IMG/VR virus record: IMGVR_UViG_3300010398_000330
Location: 1-34,046 of that record
DNA length: 34,046 bases
Source: a virus
Taxonomy: Duplodnaviria; Caudoviricetes
Reading direction: 5' to 3' (one strand)
Both the position numbers and the translations under genes were made by a program. The first letter of the stretch is position 1. The number at the start of each line of letters is the position of its first letter. Below, piece by piece: positions 8,118 to 15,898 of this stretch. Below the pieces are notes generated by a model that saw only the letters and a program-made list of their open reading frames with translations, had not been told where the DNA came from and made no database searches.

Positions 8118-8680
8118 AGCGCTGGCAGCCGGGGGAAAGGGAGAAGGTCATTAAGCTCTGGCAAGAGGGGCAAGATTGGACGCTGACGCGCTTCGTCGAT
8201 GAATTGCAAAAGCAGGGCATCGACCGGTCGATCGGGTCGGTGTGGTTCATCCTCCGGGAATACGTGAGGGATGGCTTTCTCGACGGCAATTGGCTGACAC
8301 TCAATCGCGAAAGTATGGAACTGCAAGAGAGGCGGAGATTCCACGCCGATCCCAATGACAATCGTAGCAAGAACATGAGCCGGCTCGACCTCTGGCTAAG
8401 GGACCTTCTCCGCGAACATCCGCAAGGGATCCAAAAATCACTATTGACCCAGCTGGCGCGCGACCAGAATTTTAGTCCGGATATGCTGTACCGCGCATAT
8501 AAACGATTGGGCGTACGCATTTCGAATATTGACGCGGGGCATTACCTAGTGACGCTCGAGGAAAACGGGCAGCCGAAGAAGCGCAAGTCTAGACCCGAGG
8601 ATACGGCGGTCATTCTGGAGCGCTATCGCGCCGGCAAGATCGATCTCGAGCTCGCCCTCGAGCTTTTGGGCAAGCGCTAA
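8114..8680 (+). CDS. Hypothetical protein, possibly with HTH-like modules (188 aa)
   Basis: ATGA/TAATG coupled; WQPGEREKVIKLW...RSIGSV resembles a Myb/HTH-like start. Confidence 0.7.
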   Translation: MKRWQPGEREKVIKLWQEGQDWTLTRFVDELQKQGIDRSIGSVWFILREYVRDGFLDGNWLTLNRESMELQERRRFHADPNDNRSKNMSRLDLWLRDLLREHPQGIQKSLLTQLARDQNFSPDMLYRAYKRLGVRISNIDAGHYLVTLEENGQPKKRKSRPEDTAVILERYRAGKIDLELALELLGKR

Positions 8681-9921
8681 TGCGGGCCTTTACTTTCTCG
8701 ACCGCCGAGCGGGCCGAGCAATGCCCCGGCTCGCAGGCGCTAGAGCAAATCCCGTCGACGTCGATCTACGCGCGCCTCGGGACGATCCTTCACGCGTACG
8801 TCATGCGGGCACTATCGATGGGCCGAGAAGAAGCGCTGGAGCTCGAGCCCGAGCATATGCGCCGGCTCCTTGAAAGCTACGATCTTTGGGGTTTGCCGCA
8901 AGCCGGGGAATTCGCCGCCGAGGTGGCCTATGCGCTAGACCCGATAACCGGAAAAGCCCGCGAGCTCGGCCGGGATCTAGAGCGCAAGTACGACGAAGCC
9001 GGTGCAAGGGAAAATGAGATCGTTGGGGCCGCCGATTTTGTGGCCATTTCCTCGGATGGCGTTTACGTCGATGACCTCAAGACCGGTCACAGTCACCTGA
9101 CGAGAGCCGCCGATAATTTGCAGGTGACGGGACTGGCGGTAGCCGCGGCGCGCGCGTACGGCACGAAGCGCGCCCGGGTGCGGCTGCTCATTCGGCGCGA
9201 GGACAATAGCGGCTATTTCGACGAGGCTTCGCTCGACGATTTTGAGCTAGATTTTGCCCTGTATCGGCTACGGCAAGCGGTTAAGTCCGTCGAGGAAGCG
9301 CGAGCCGAGGTAGCCGCCGGCAAGACGCCGCGGCTGCATGAGGGCCCATGGTGCGAGCATTGCCCGGCGCGCGCCGGATGCCCGGCGAAGGTCGCCCTAG
9401 TTCGGGAATTTGCGATCGCGCCGGAAGATGGCGCGAGCCGGATTCGTGGGCTGGTATCTCGGGTCGAATGGCGCCAGGCGCTTTTGCGGCTCCGGGCGGC
9501 AAAGAAAGAGCTCGGCCGGATTGAAGCCGAGATCCATGCGTATGTCCGGGAAGTCGGGCCCGTCGATCTTGGTGATGGGTTGGAGTACGGCGAACGCACG
9601 ATCATGCGGCCGGTGATCGACGGCAAGATCGCGCACAAAGAGATCGTGGCTTTCCTCGACGGGCGGGGCAAAGAGATCGAGCAGGCGCGGGACGTGGCCG
9701 ATAACGCCTGTACGTTTCAGACCTCGAAGGCGGCGATCAAGCGGGCGCTGGCCAAGGTGGCGCCGCCGCGGGGCGCGACCCGGCTTTTCAATGATGTCAT
9801 GGAAGTGATTCACGACGCCGGCGGCGTGGAATTTAGGAAACAGACCCGGGTTGACGAGCATTTGAAGAAGGAGATTCCGGCGCTGGCCGAGGGCGACGAG
9901 GGAGAGGAGAGCATCCAATGA
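8680..9921 (+). CDS. PD-(D/E)XK Cas4/RecB-like exonuclease
   Basis: N-terminal CPGS, GTILH, GAADFV, DDLKTG, LQV, and C-terminal CEHCPARAGCP (1+3 Cys Fe-S staple). Confidence 0.85.
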   Translation: MRAFTFSTAERAEQCPGSQALEQIPSTSIYARLGTILHAYVMRALSMGREEALELEPEHMRRLLESYDLWGLPQAGEFAAEVAYALDPITGKARELGRDLERKYDEAGARENEIVGAADFVAISSDGVYVDDLKTGHSHLTRAADNLQVTGLAVAAARAYGTKRARVRLLIRREDNSGYFDEASLDDFELDFALYRLRQAVKSVEEARAEVAAGKTPRLHEGPWCEHCPARAGCPAKVALVREFAIAPEDGASRIRGLVSRVEWRQALLRLRAAKKELGRIEAEIHAYVREVGPVDLGDGLEYGERTIMRPVIDGKIAHKEIVAFLDGRGKEIEQARDVADNACTFQTSKAAIKRALAKVAPPRGATRLFNDVMEVIHDAGGVEFRKQTRVDEHLKKEIPALAEGDEGEESIQ

Positions 9922-10196
9922 TTAGAATGGTGCAGGTATGTCAGGGGGTCGGCTGTAGGCATCCGTTTAACGTGTACGCGCGCCCCGACGAGATCGAGCG
10001 CATGGCGGAAAGGCTCGCCGAGCTCGGCTACGGCTTCGAAGTTTTCCCGTCGCTCACGCGCGCGCGCATCTCTTGCAAGCACATCGACGACGATACGACG
10101 GTCGCCGAGGAAGATTGTCCGAATGCCCCGAATGACTTTCTGCGCGCCGTCGACGGGGTCGTATCTCTGGCCTATCTTCGGGTGGTTTCCTCGTGA
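9918..10196 (+). CDS. Hypothetical protein (92 aa, 4 Cys)
   Basis: ATGA overlap, GAGGAG RBS. Confidence 0.7.
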   Translation: MIRMVQVCQGVGCRHPFNVYARPDEIERMAERLAELGYGFEVFPSLTRARISCKHIDDDTTVAEEDCPNAPNDFLRAVDGVVSLAYLRVVSS

Positions 10197-10417
10197 CCGA
10201 GCGGCCGCATCTGCAACCGATTCTCTATTTTACGGGCCAGGCCTTGTGCGGCTTGATCGTGCGGGGGTATCCGCTGGATCAGGTACCGGATGAAGCCGCG
10301 CGCCTGGCGTTGCAAACCTGCATTGCCCTAAGTAACCACTTAGAGGATGAGCAACGGGCCGAGGTGGCCGCGGCGAAAGCCGGGCTTGAGGATGAAGACG
10401 AGGGCGAGGGCTTCTGA
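10193..10417 (+). CDS. Hypothetical protein with acidic tail (74 aa)
   Basis: GTGA and TGATG coupling. Confidence 0.65.
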   Translation: MTERPHLQPILYFTGQALCGLIVRGYPLDQVPDEAARLALQTCIALSNHLEDEQRAEVAAAKAGLEDEDEGEGF

Positions 10418-10581
10418 TGACCGACGACGAGCGCGCCCAGGAAATCAAGCGCAAGATCAGCGCCGCCGTACACAAAGCCGCCGTCGAGCGCCAGTGTCCA
10501 AGATGTCGGCGGCGCATGGCGCTGCAGCCGATCCGCGGCGGCAAGTTATGCCGCTACTGCGGAGCGATGGTCGTCAAATGA
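10417..10581 (+). CDS. Small zinc-ribbon protein (54 aa; not in ORF track)
   Basis: MTDDERAQEIKRKISAAVHKAAVERQCPRCRRRMALQPIRGGKLCRYCGAMVVK; overlaps both neighbours. Confidence 0.75.
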   Translation: MTDDERAQEIKRKISAAVHKAAVERQCPRCRRRMALQPIRGGKLCRYCGAMVVK

Positions 10582-10760
10582 GGAAGGACGAGGAGCCGCC
10601 GGACCCCGCCGAAGTCGCCGAAGCGCACCGCCGCATCCGCGCCGAGCTCAGCCGGCTTGTGGACACCAACCCCGAAGCGCACGCCGCTCTCGTGCGCCTG
10701 ATTTCCCAGGTCTTGAAGCGCATCCATGCAGAATTAAACGGGAAAAATAAGCAGGGTTGA
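10578..10760 (+). CDS. Small helical protein directly upstream of the integrase (60 aa)
   Basis: ATGA overlap at 10578-10581; MRKDEEPPDPAEVAEAHRRIRAELSRLV... Confidence 0.65.
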   Translation: MRKDEEPPDPAEVAEAHRRIRAELSRLVDTNPEAHAALVRLISQVLKRIHAELNGKNKQG

Positions 10761-10777
10761 CCGAACCAATTTCAATT

Positions 10778-10826
10778 TCAATTTAAGTTGAAGCCGGATA
10801 AACTCGTGTTTATGGAGGTTTATCCG
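10778..10826 (+). promoter_or_regulatory. Operator plus RBS-occluding inverted repeat upstream of the integrase
   Basis: TCAA-TTTAAG-TTGA 10778-10791; CGGATAAAC (10795-10803) pairs with GTTTATCCG (10818-10826), enclosing GGAGG 10814-10818. Confidence 0.6.
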
Positions 10827-10827
10827 C

Positions 10828-12609
10828 ATGAAACTACCTGAAAAATTGAGGGTTGTCTGTTATCCCCGAGTGAGCTCGGGGGCGCAAGCAAAGGCCGACA
10901 CGATCGCGGCGCAGCGGATCTCGCTGCCCGAGTACGCGGCAACCAAGGCACACGAGGGCTGGGAGCTCGTGCGGCCCGTCGAGCACTACGAGGATAATGG
11001 CAAGTCGGCGTCGCACGATCTCGACGCCCGCGATGGATTTAAGCGCCTGCTTGCCGACGCCGCTGCCGGAGAATTCGATATCGTCTTGATCCGGTCCTTC
11101 ACCCGACTGACGCGTACACCAGACTGGAGCGAGCGGGCCGCGATCATCGGGCCGTTGCAGCGAGCGAAAGTCAAGCTGGCCGTGTCGGCGCAGGGACAGC
11201 TATTCGACCTCGATAGCCGTCACGGCGATTTGCAGGTGTCGATCTTTTTGTCGATCGCCGCCGCCGACCAAGCCGAGCGAGCGCGCAATTTCGCAGAGGG
11301 TCGGCGCCGGGTGATCGATGCCGGTCGGCGCGCCGCTGGTCAGCCGGTGTACGGTCTTAAGACCGTCAAGGGTGCATGGGATGTCGATCTGCAGCGGGCG
11401 GCGATCATCCTCGACGCCGCCCAGCGGATTGATGCAGGGGAATCCTGCTACTCAATCGAGCGCAGCCTTGACGCCGAGGGGATCCCGACGGGTCTTGCCG
11501 GCCATATTCGGTTGACCGGCCCGCGTGCCGGTCGGACGATCGTCGGATCTTGGCGCGGCCGACTGACGACGCTTTTGCGGAATCCCGCCTACCGCGGCGA
11601 AGCGATCCTGGACAAGGCGCGCGGCAAGACGGGCCCATGCCCCGTGATCGTGCCGCCCGATCTATGGCATCGGGTCCAGGCGCGGCTAGATGCGATCAAA
11701 GAGCGCCGGATCCAGATCGCGCCGCGCGCCCGGCAGTCGACGCTACTCGAAGGAATCATCCGATGCGAGTGCGGCGGCGACGGTAGAGTCAAAACCAATA
11801 CGATCACGCGCAAGCGTCCGGGCAAGTTCGGCGGCCGGGCGCCGACCGACGGGAACCGGGTCACGTACAGGTATTACGAATGCGAGACACGCAAGGGCGA
11901 CACAAGCAAGGCGCGCGCGCGCCGCGTAGCGCTCCGCCGGATCGGATCGACGTCGTGCGGGACCAAGGGGCACCGGATCGAAGAGCTTGACGCCCTGGTC
12001 TGGTCGGCCGTCGGCGCGTGGCTCGAGGAGGACAGGATCGGAGACACGGAACAAGGTGCGACCCTCGCGATCGCTGGGGAGGGCGAGGCAAGGATCGCGG
12101 CGGTCAAGGAGCAACTGGCATCCGCCGATGCCGCGATCGGCGCGATCGACCGGCGCATGGTGCGCGCGCAAACGGCCGACCTACCCGACCAAGTGTATGC
12201 CGAGACGATGGCCGATTTGCACGCAACCCGCAAGCGGCTTGTGGAGGACCGGGCGGTGCTGGGCGCCGAGCTCGCGTCCGCCGAGCTCGCCCTGGCCAAC
12301 GCCAGCGCCTACCGGGAAGGTCTAGCAGGGCTTCGGGCCAAGTACCGCGCCGTGACCTGCGCAGCCGATCGGCAGGCGTTCTTGCGGCTCTTGGCGACGC
12401 TCCGCGGGGGCAAACTCGTCACCCTCTTGCACGATGGAAACGTCGAATTGGTCGGCTTGCCTTTGCCCCGGAGCACTAACTCTCTGTCACCAGTCGATCC
12501 ATCGGGGCAACTAGCCAACGGCCCGATCATTAAGGTTTCGATCCCAATCGAGCCGCCCATCTGCATTGGATGCGGCGAGCGGCATCGTCCTACCGTCGAC
12601 TGCGTCTAA
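10828..12609 (+). CDS. Large serine recombinase (integrase)
   Basis: YPRVSS catalytic serine motif, RDGFKRLLADA..GEFDIVL..FTRLTR, recombinase domain (LLRNPAYRG), Zn ribbon (LLEGIIRCECG...YYEC...C), coiled coil. Confidence 0.95.
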   Translation: MKLPEKLRVVCYPRVSSGAQAKADTIAAQRISLPEYAATKAHEGWELVRPVEHYEDNGKSASHDLDARDGFKRLLADAAAGEFDIVLIRSFTRLTRTPDWSERAAIIGPLQRAKVKLAVSAQGQLFDLDSRHGDLQVSIFLSIAAADQAERARNFAEGRRRVIDAGRRAAGQPVYGLKTVKGAWDVDLQRAAIILDAAQRIDAGESCYSIERSLDAEGIPTGLAGHIRLTGPRAGRTIVGSWRGRLTTLLRNPAYRGEAILDKARGKTGPCPVIVPPDLWHRVQARLDAIKERRIQIAPRARQSTLLEGIIRCECGGDGRVKTNTITRKRPGKFGGRAPTDGNRVTYRYYECETRKGDTSKARARRVALRRIGSTSCGTKGHRIEELDALVWSAVGAWLEEDRIGDTEQGATLAIAGEGEARIAAVKEQLASADAAIGAIDRRMVRAQTADLPDQVYAETMADLHATRKRLVEDRAVLGAELASAELALANASAYREGLAGLRAKYRAVTCAADRQAFLRLLATLRGGKLVTLLHDGNVELVGLPLPRSTNSLSPVDPSGQLANGPIIKVSIPIEPPICIGCGERHRPTVDCV

Positions 12610-12673
12610 AGATCGGACGGGATCATGCGCCCGGTCGTAGCACAACCGGTATCGCTTGTGTTACATTAACGAT

Positions 12674-12907
12674 GTGCCGAAGTGGACCCGTCGCCTCAAT
12701 CGTCTGAGCGAGCATATGACGATTCGGCTTGACGAGCATACCCTAGATCTGATAGCGCGCGCGCAAGCCGAGCTCGGGGGTATCCCCCGCTCGGCGGCGA
12801 TCCGCGTGATCATCCGTACTCTGGCCTCGGGCGACCGTTCGAAAATCTCGCATCTCACGCGCGTCTTGCATGCGCAACCAACCCCCAAAAAAGGAAAAAC
12901 CTCATGA
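12674..12907 (+). CDS. Ribbon-helix-helix (CopG/Arc-like) regulator 1
   Basis: MTIRLDEHTLDLIARAQAELGGIPRSAAIRVII; GTG 6 nt after TGtTACATT extended -10. Confidence 0.7.
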   Translation: MPKWTRRLNRLSEHMTIRLDEHTLDLIARAQAELGGIPRSAAIRVIIRTLASGDRSKISHLTRVLHAQPTPKKGKTS

Positions 12908-13284
12908 CCGACCATAACAGCGACGACAAAAAGACCCGCACCATCACCCTCACCAACCGCCCACCCGTCGAGATCGATGAAGACGCATGGCCCGTGATCG
13001 CGAGCGGGTCGTGGTGGGACTCCAAGATCGAGCGCGATTGGAACCGCCGCTATTCCCTCAAGGTAAGGCAGCACAGCGACGGGCGCACGATCGTCTATGG
13101 GACCTATCAAACCCGCTGGGAGGGCGAGCGGGACGCGCGCGCCGGCCGGCTCCTGCAGCGTGCCGATCTGCTAGCAGGCGTCGAGGATATCGTTGACGCG
13201 ATCCGTGGCGTGGCCGCTGATCTCGGCGCGCCGGACGTTCTCGTCCGTGAAACGATCGCCGACCTACCGGCCGAGCGCATTTAA
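12904..13284 (+). CDS. Hypothetical protein (126 aa)
   Basis: AAGGA RBS, ATGA overlap. Confidence 0.8.
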   Translation: MTDHNSDDKKTRTITLTNRPPVEIDEDAWPVIASGSWWDSKIERDWNRRYSLKVRQHSDGRTIVYGTYQTRWEGERDARAGRLLQRADLLAGVEDIVDAIRGVAADLGAPDVLVRETIADLPAERI

Positions 13285-13303
13285 CTTTTCTTAAGGAGTC
13301 ATC

Positions 13304-13639
13304 ATGAAAAAACTTGCATTAATCGCGTTCATCCTCGCCGCCTGTGGCGGCGGTTCTCCCCCGCCGCGGGTCACGATCGGTGAAACGTGCGCGATCATCG
13401 GCTCGGCGATTTGCGGCCGCGCCACCGTCTGCGGAATTATCACGACGACGGCGGACAGTCAGCAGTGTCGATCGACCTTCTACGCGAGCTGTTGCGGCGA
13501 CGCGGGCAACTGCAACGTGCTGCCGGCCGGCGACGTCACGACCGCCGATGTCGACGTGTGCTCAAACGCGATCGCCGTCGAGAGTTGCTCGACCGTTATT
13601 GTGACCCTGCCCGCGATCTGCGCCACCGTTCTGCAGTAG
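13304..13639 (+). CDS. Cys-rich lipoprotein
   Basis: MKKLALIAFILAAC signal with lipobox; 10 further Cys; AAGGAG RBS. Confidence 0.85.
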   Translation: MKKLALIAFILAACGGGSPPPRVTIGETCAIIGSAICGRATVCGIITTTADSQQCRSTFYASCCGDAGNCNVLPAGDVTTADVDVCSNAIAVESCSTVIVTLPAICATVLQ

Positions 13640-13714
13640 CCTCCCCCTAAAAATCGCCCTCGCTGGTAGCCGCCTAGGTTGCGCTCCGATGCCGTTTGTG
13701 TTACGGGGGCGAAC

Positions 13715-13906
13715 ATGCCCGCGTTGAAGGCGTCCAATTTTCGTTTAGATCATGCGACCAATGCGATCATCGATTCGGTTGCAGCCTCGTTGGAAATATC
13801 GCGCGCCAAGGTTGTGCAGCGCCTAATCAAGACCTACGGCGGCTCCCCGGAGGATCCCGAGCACGCCGCACTAATTGCGCTCGTCCGTCGAGCGCGCGGC
13901 CGATGA
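13715..13906 (+). CDS. Ribbon-helix-helix regulator 2
   Basis: SNFRLDHATNAIIDSVAASLEISRAKVVQRLI. Confidence 0.7.
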   Translation: MPALKASNFRLDHATNAIIDSVAASLEISRAKVVQRLIKTYGGSPEDPEHAALIALVRRARGR

Positions 13907-14235
13907 GCAAGCGCGAGGGTCGTCTCGGGTATCGGGTAACCATTCGCGACCCGTACCAGACCGTGCAAACGGGAACCTGTGACGCGATTGTGCTTTTTGC
14001 AATGCGCTTCCTCGAGGATGAGAAAGCAGACTTCGCGAGGGAGTTTCTCGCCACGATCGCCGACGACAAGGGTCTCGGGCCCATTTCCCCAGCCAACTTG
14101 ATCAAGATCTGGATCCTCATTGGCGAGGAGATGCGCAAGCACGTCGACAAGCGCTCGGGAAGTGGCACCGCCATTAGCCGGCAGCTGAGCGAGCTCATCC
14201 GTAGTTTCACCGAGGAGCTTAAGGGGAGGAAGTGA
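13903..14235 (+). CDS. Hypothetical protein (110 aa)
   Basis: ATGA overlap with the RHH gene. Confidence 0.7.
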   Translation: MSKREGRLGYRVTIRDPYQTVQTGTCDAIVLFAMRFLEDEKADFAREFLATIADDKGLGPISPANLIKIWILIGEEMRKHVDKRSGSGTAISRQLSELIRSFTEELKGRK

Positions 14236-14387
14236 CAGGGTCCTGACAAAGGTAGGGATGTAGTGTCCATGCCGGCCGGCCGGCAGTTCAACGGTTCAAC
14301 CGGATTTGCTTGTGCCGGCTCGACGGTGGGTGTAAAGCAGAATTTACGAAACCGCAACTTCACAAAACTTTTCACGGGGAGGTTATC

Positions 14388-14765
14388 ATGGGGGATTCGG
14401 TTAGTGTCCTAACTCCAATTGCTCTGAATGCCGCCGAAGTCACCGACGAAGTTTGGGACAAGGTCGTTCGCCAGATGACGGAGTCCAGCGTCGAGGAAGT
14501 CAAGCCCGTCGTCATGCAGGTGATCCGGGACCGAATGATTCCGCGAGCGGAGCAAATCGCTCGAACGCTCGCCGCCGATCGAGGATTTCAGAAATGCTTA
14601 CACGAGCTGGCGATCTCGACGGTACTCGACGAGCTCACGACTAACCCCGACCTACAAAAGCAAATCCTCAGCATAAGCCGCGGCATCATCTCCGACGCCT
14701 TTAGCAAGGTGCAAGAGGAGCTTACCGGTTCCATCGCGCAAAAGATCCTCGGGGCGTTCCGATGA
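14388..14765 (+). CDS. Helical hypothetical protein (125 aa)
   Basis: GGAGG RBS, ATGA overlap downstream. Confidence 0.75.
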   Translation: MGDSVSVLTPIALNAAEVTDEVWDKVVRQMTESSVEEVKPVVMQVIRDRMIPRAEQIARTLAADRGFQKCLHELAISTVLDELTTNPDLQKQILSISRGIISDAFSKVQEELTGSIAQKILGAFR

Positions 14766-15892
14766 CAACGGCCAGTTTTGGCGACGTCCTTCGCGCCTTG
14801 CGCATGGAGCGAAAGCTTTCGCTCCGGGATCTGGCCGATCGCGTTGGCCGCAACGTCGCGGCGGTGCGCAGTTGGGAGGATGGTAACTCTTTCCCCATCG
14901 GTCAGGATCGCATTCGTCTGCAAAAATGCGGGCTCCGCAAGATCGAGAGTTACTGGCATCTGATCCCGAAGCTCCCATCGGCAAACGAGAAGGTCATCGC
15001 CACGGTCTTGACCCCCGTCGAGCCTTCGGCCCCGAAGCCAATGCCGGAGCCATCCGTCGAGCCGGAATCGCTACCGCTGCCGAACCTCGATGCCGCGCCA
15101 CCCGACAAGCCACCCGAACCGGCGGCGCCTTACGTTCCGGTCGCCCGTCCCGAATCCTGGCATCCGCTCCCCGATGAAGTGAGTGAGGCCGACGCCGACG
15201 CCGCCGAAGCCGACGCTGACGCCGCCGAGCGCAAAGCCAAGAAAGGATCGCCCATGTCGTCGAACACTTTCGGCAAAGCCCTAGCCGCGGCGCGGGCCGA
15301 GGAGGGGAAAACGCAAGTCCAGATCGCCAAGGAGATCGGGATCCACCCGATCACTTATGGTTATTGGGAGCAAGGGCGCGGTATGCCCATGCGCGACGAG
15401 CATCGCAAGCGCCTGATCAAACGCTATCCGTCGATCGCCAAGTTTTTGATAGACGTCAAGAGCGACGTCAAGAGCGATGAAGCGACGAAGAAGTGCGCCC
15501 GTTGCCAAGAGACGAAGCCACTAAGCGCATTCAACAAAGATGTTGCACACGGCGACGGCCGCGCCGTCTATTGCCGCGAGTGCCGCGCCGAGCTCAAGCG
15601 CGCCTGGCGAAAACGCGAGCAAAAGCCAGAGCCGGCCAAAGTTCCGACCAAAGTTGCAGCCAAAGTCGCGCGCAAGCCCGAGGACAAGCCGGCGAAGCCT
15701 TCGACGCTATCCGAGCTCGGCGCCCGGCTCGAGAAAGCCCTTGCCGCCGCCGAGACGGCACGGGCCCGCCTGGCCGAAGCCAAAGCCGCCGTAGCTTCCG
15801 CCGAGACGGCGGCGAAGGATGCCGACGCCGACGCCGACGAATGCATCGCCGGCATGCAGCAGGCGATGCAAGCGATGCGGGGAGCGTCCTAG
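14762..15892 (+). CDS. Multidomain DNA-binding protein: XRE HTH - Pro-rich linker - XRE HTH - C4 Zn finger - Ala-rich coiled coil
   Basis: FGDVLRALRMERKLSLRDLADRVG..WEDGNSFP; FGKALAAARAEEGKTQVQIAKEIG..WEQGRGMP; KKCARCQETKPLSAF..YCREC. Confidence 0.85.
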   Translation: MTTASFGDVLRALRMERKLSLRDLADRVGRNVAAVRSWEDGNSFPIGQDRIRLQKCGLRKIESYWHLIPKLPSANEKVIATVLTPVEPSAPKPMPEPSVEPESLPLPNLDAAPPDKPPEPAAPYVPVARPESWHPLPDEVSEADADAAEADADAAERKAKKGSPMSSNTFGKALAAARAEEGKTQVQIAKEIGIHPITYGYWEQGRGMPMRDEHRKRLIKRYPSIAKFLIDVKSDVKSDEATKKCARCQETKPLSAFNKDVAHGDGRAVYCRECRAELKRAWRKREQKPEPAKVPTKVAAKVARKPEDKPAKPSTLSELGARLEKALAAAETARARLAEAKAAVASAETAAKDADADADECIAGMQQAMQAMRGAS

Positions 15893-15898
15893 GCATCC

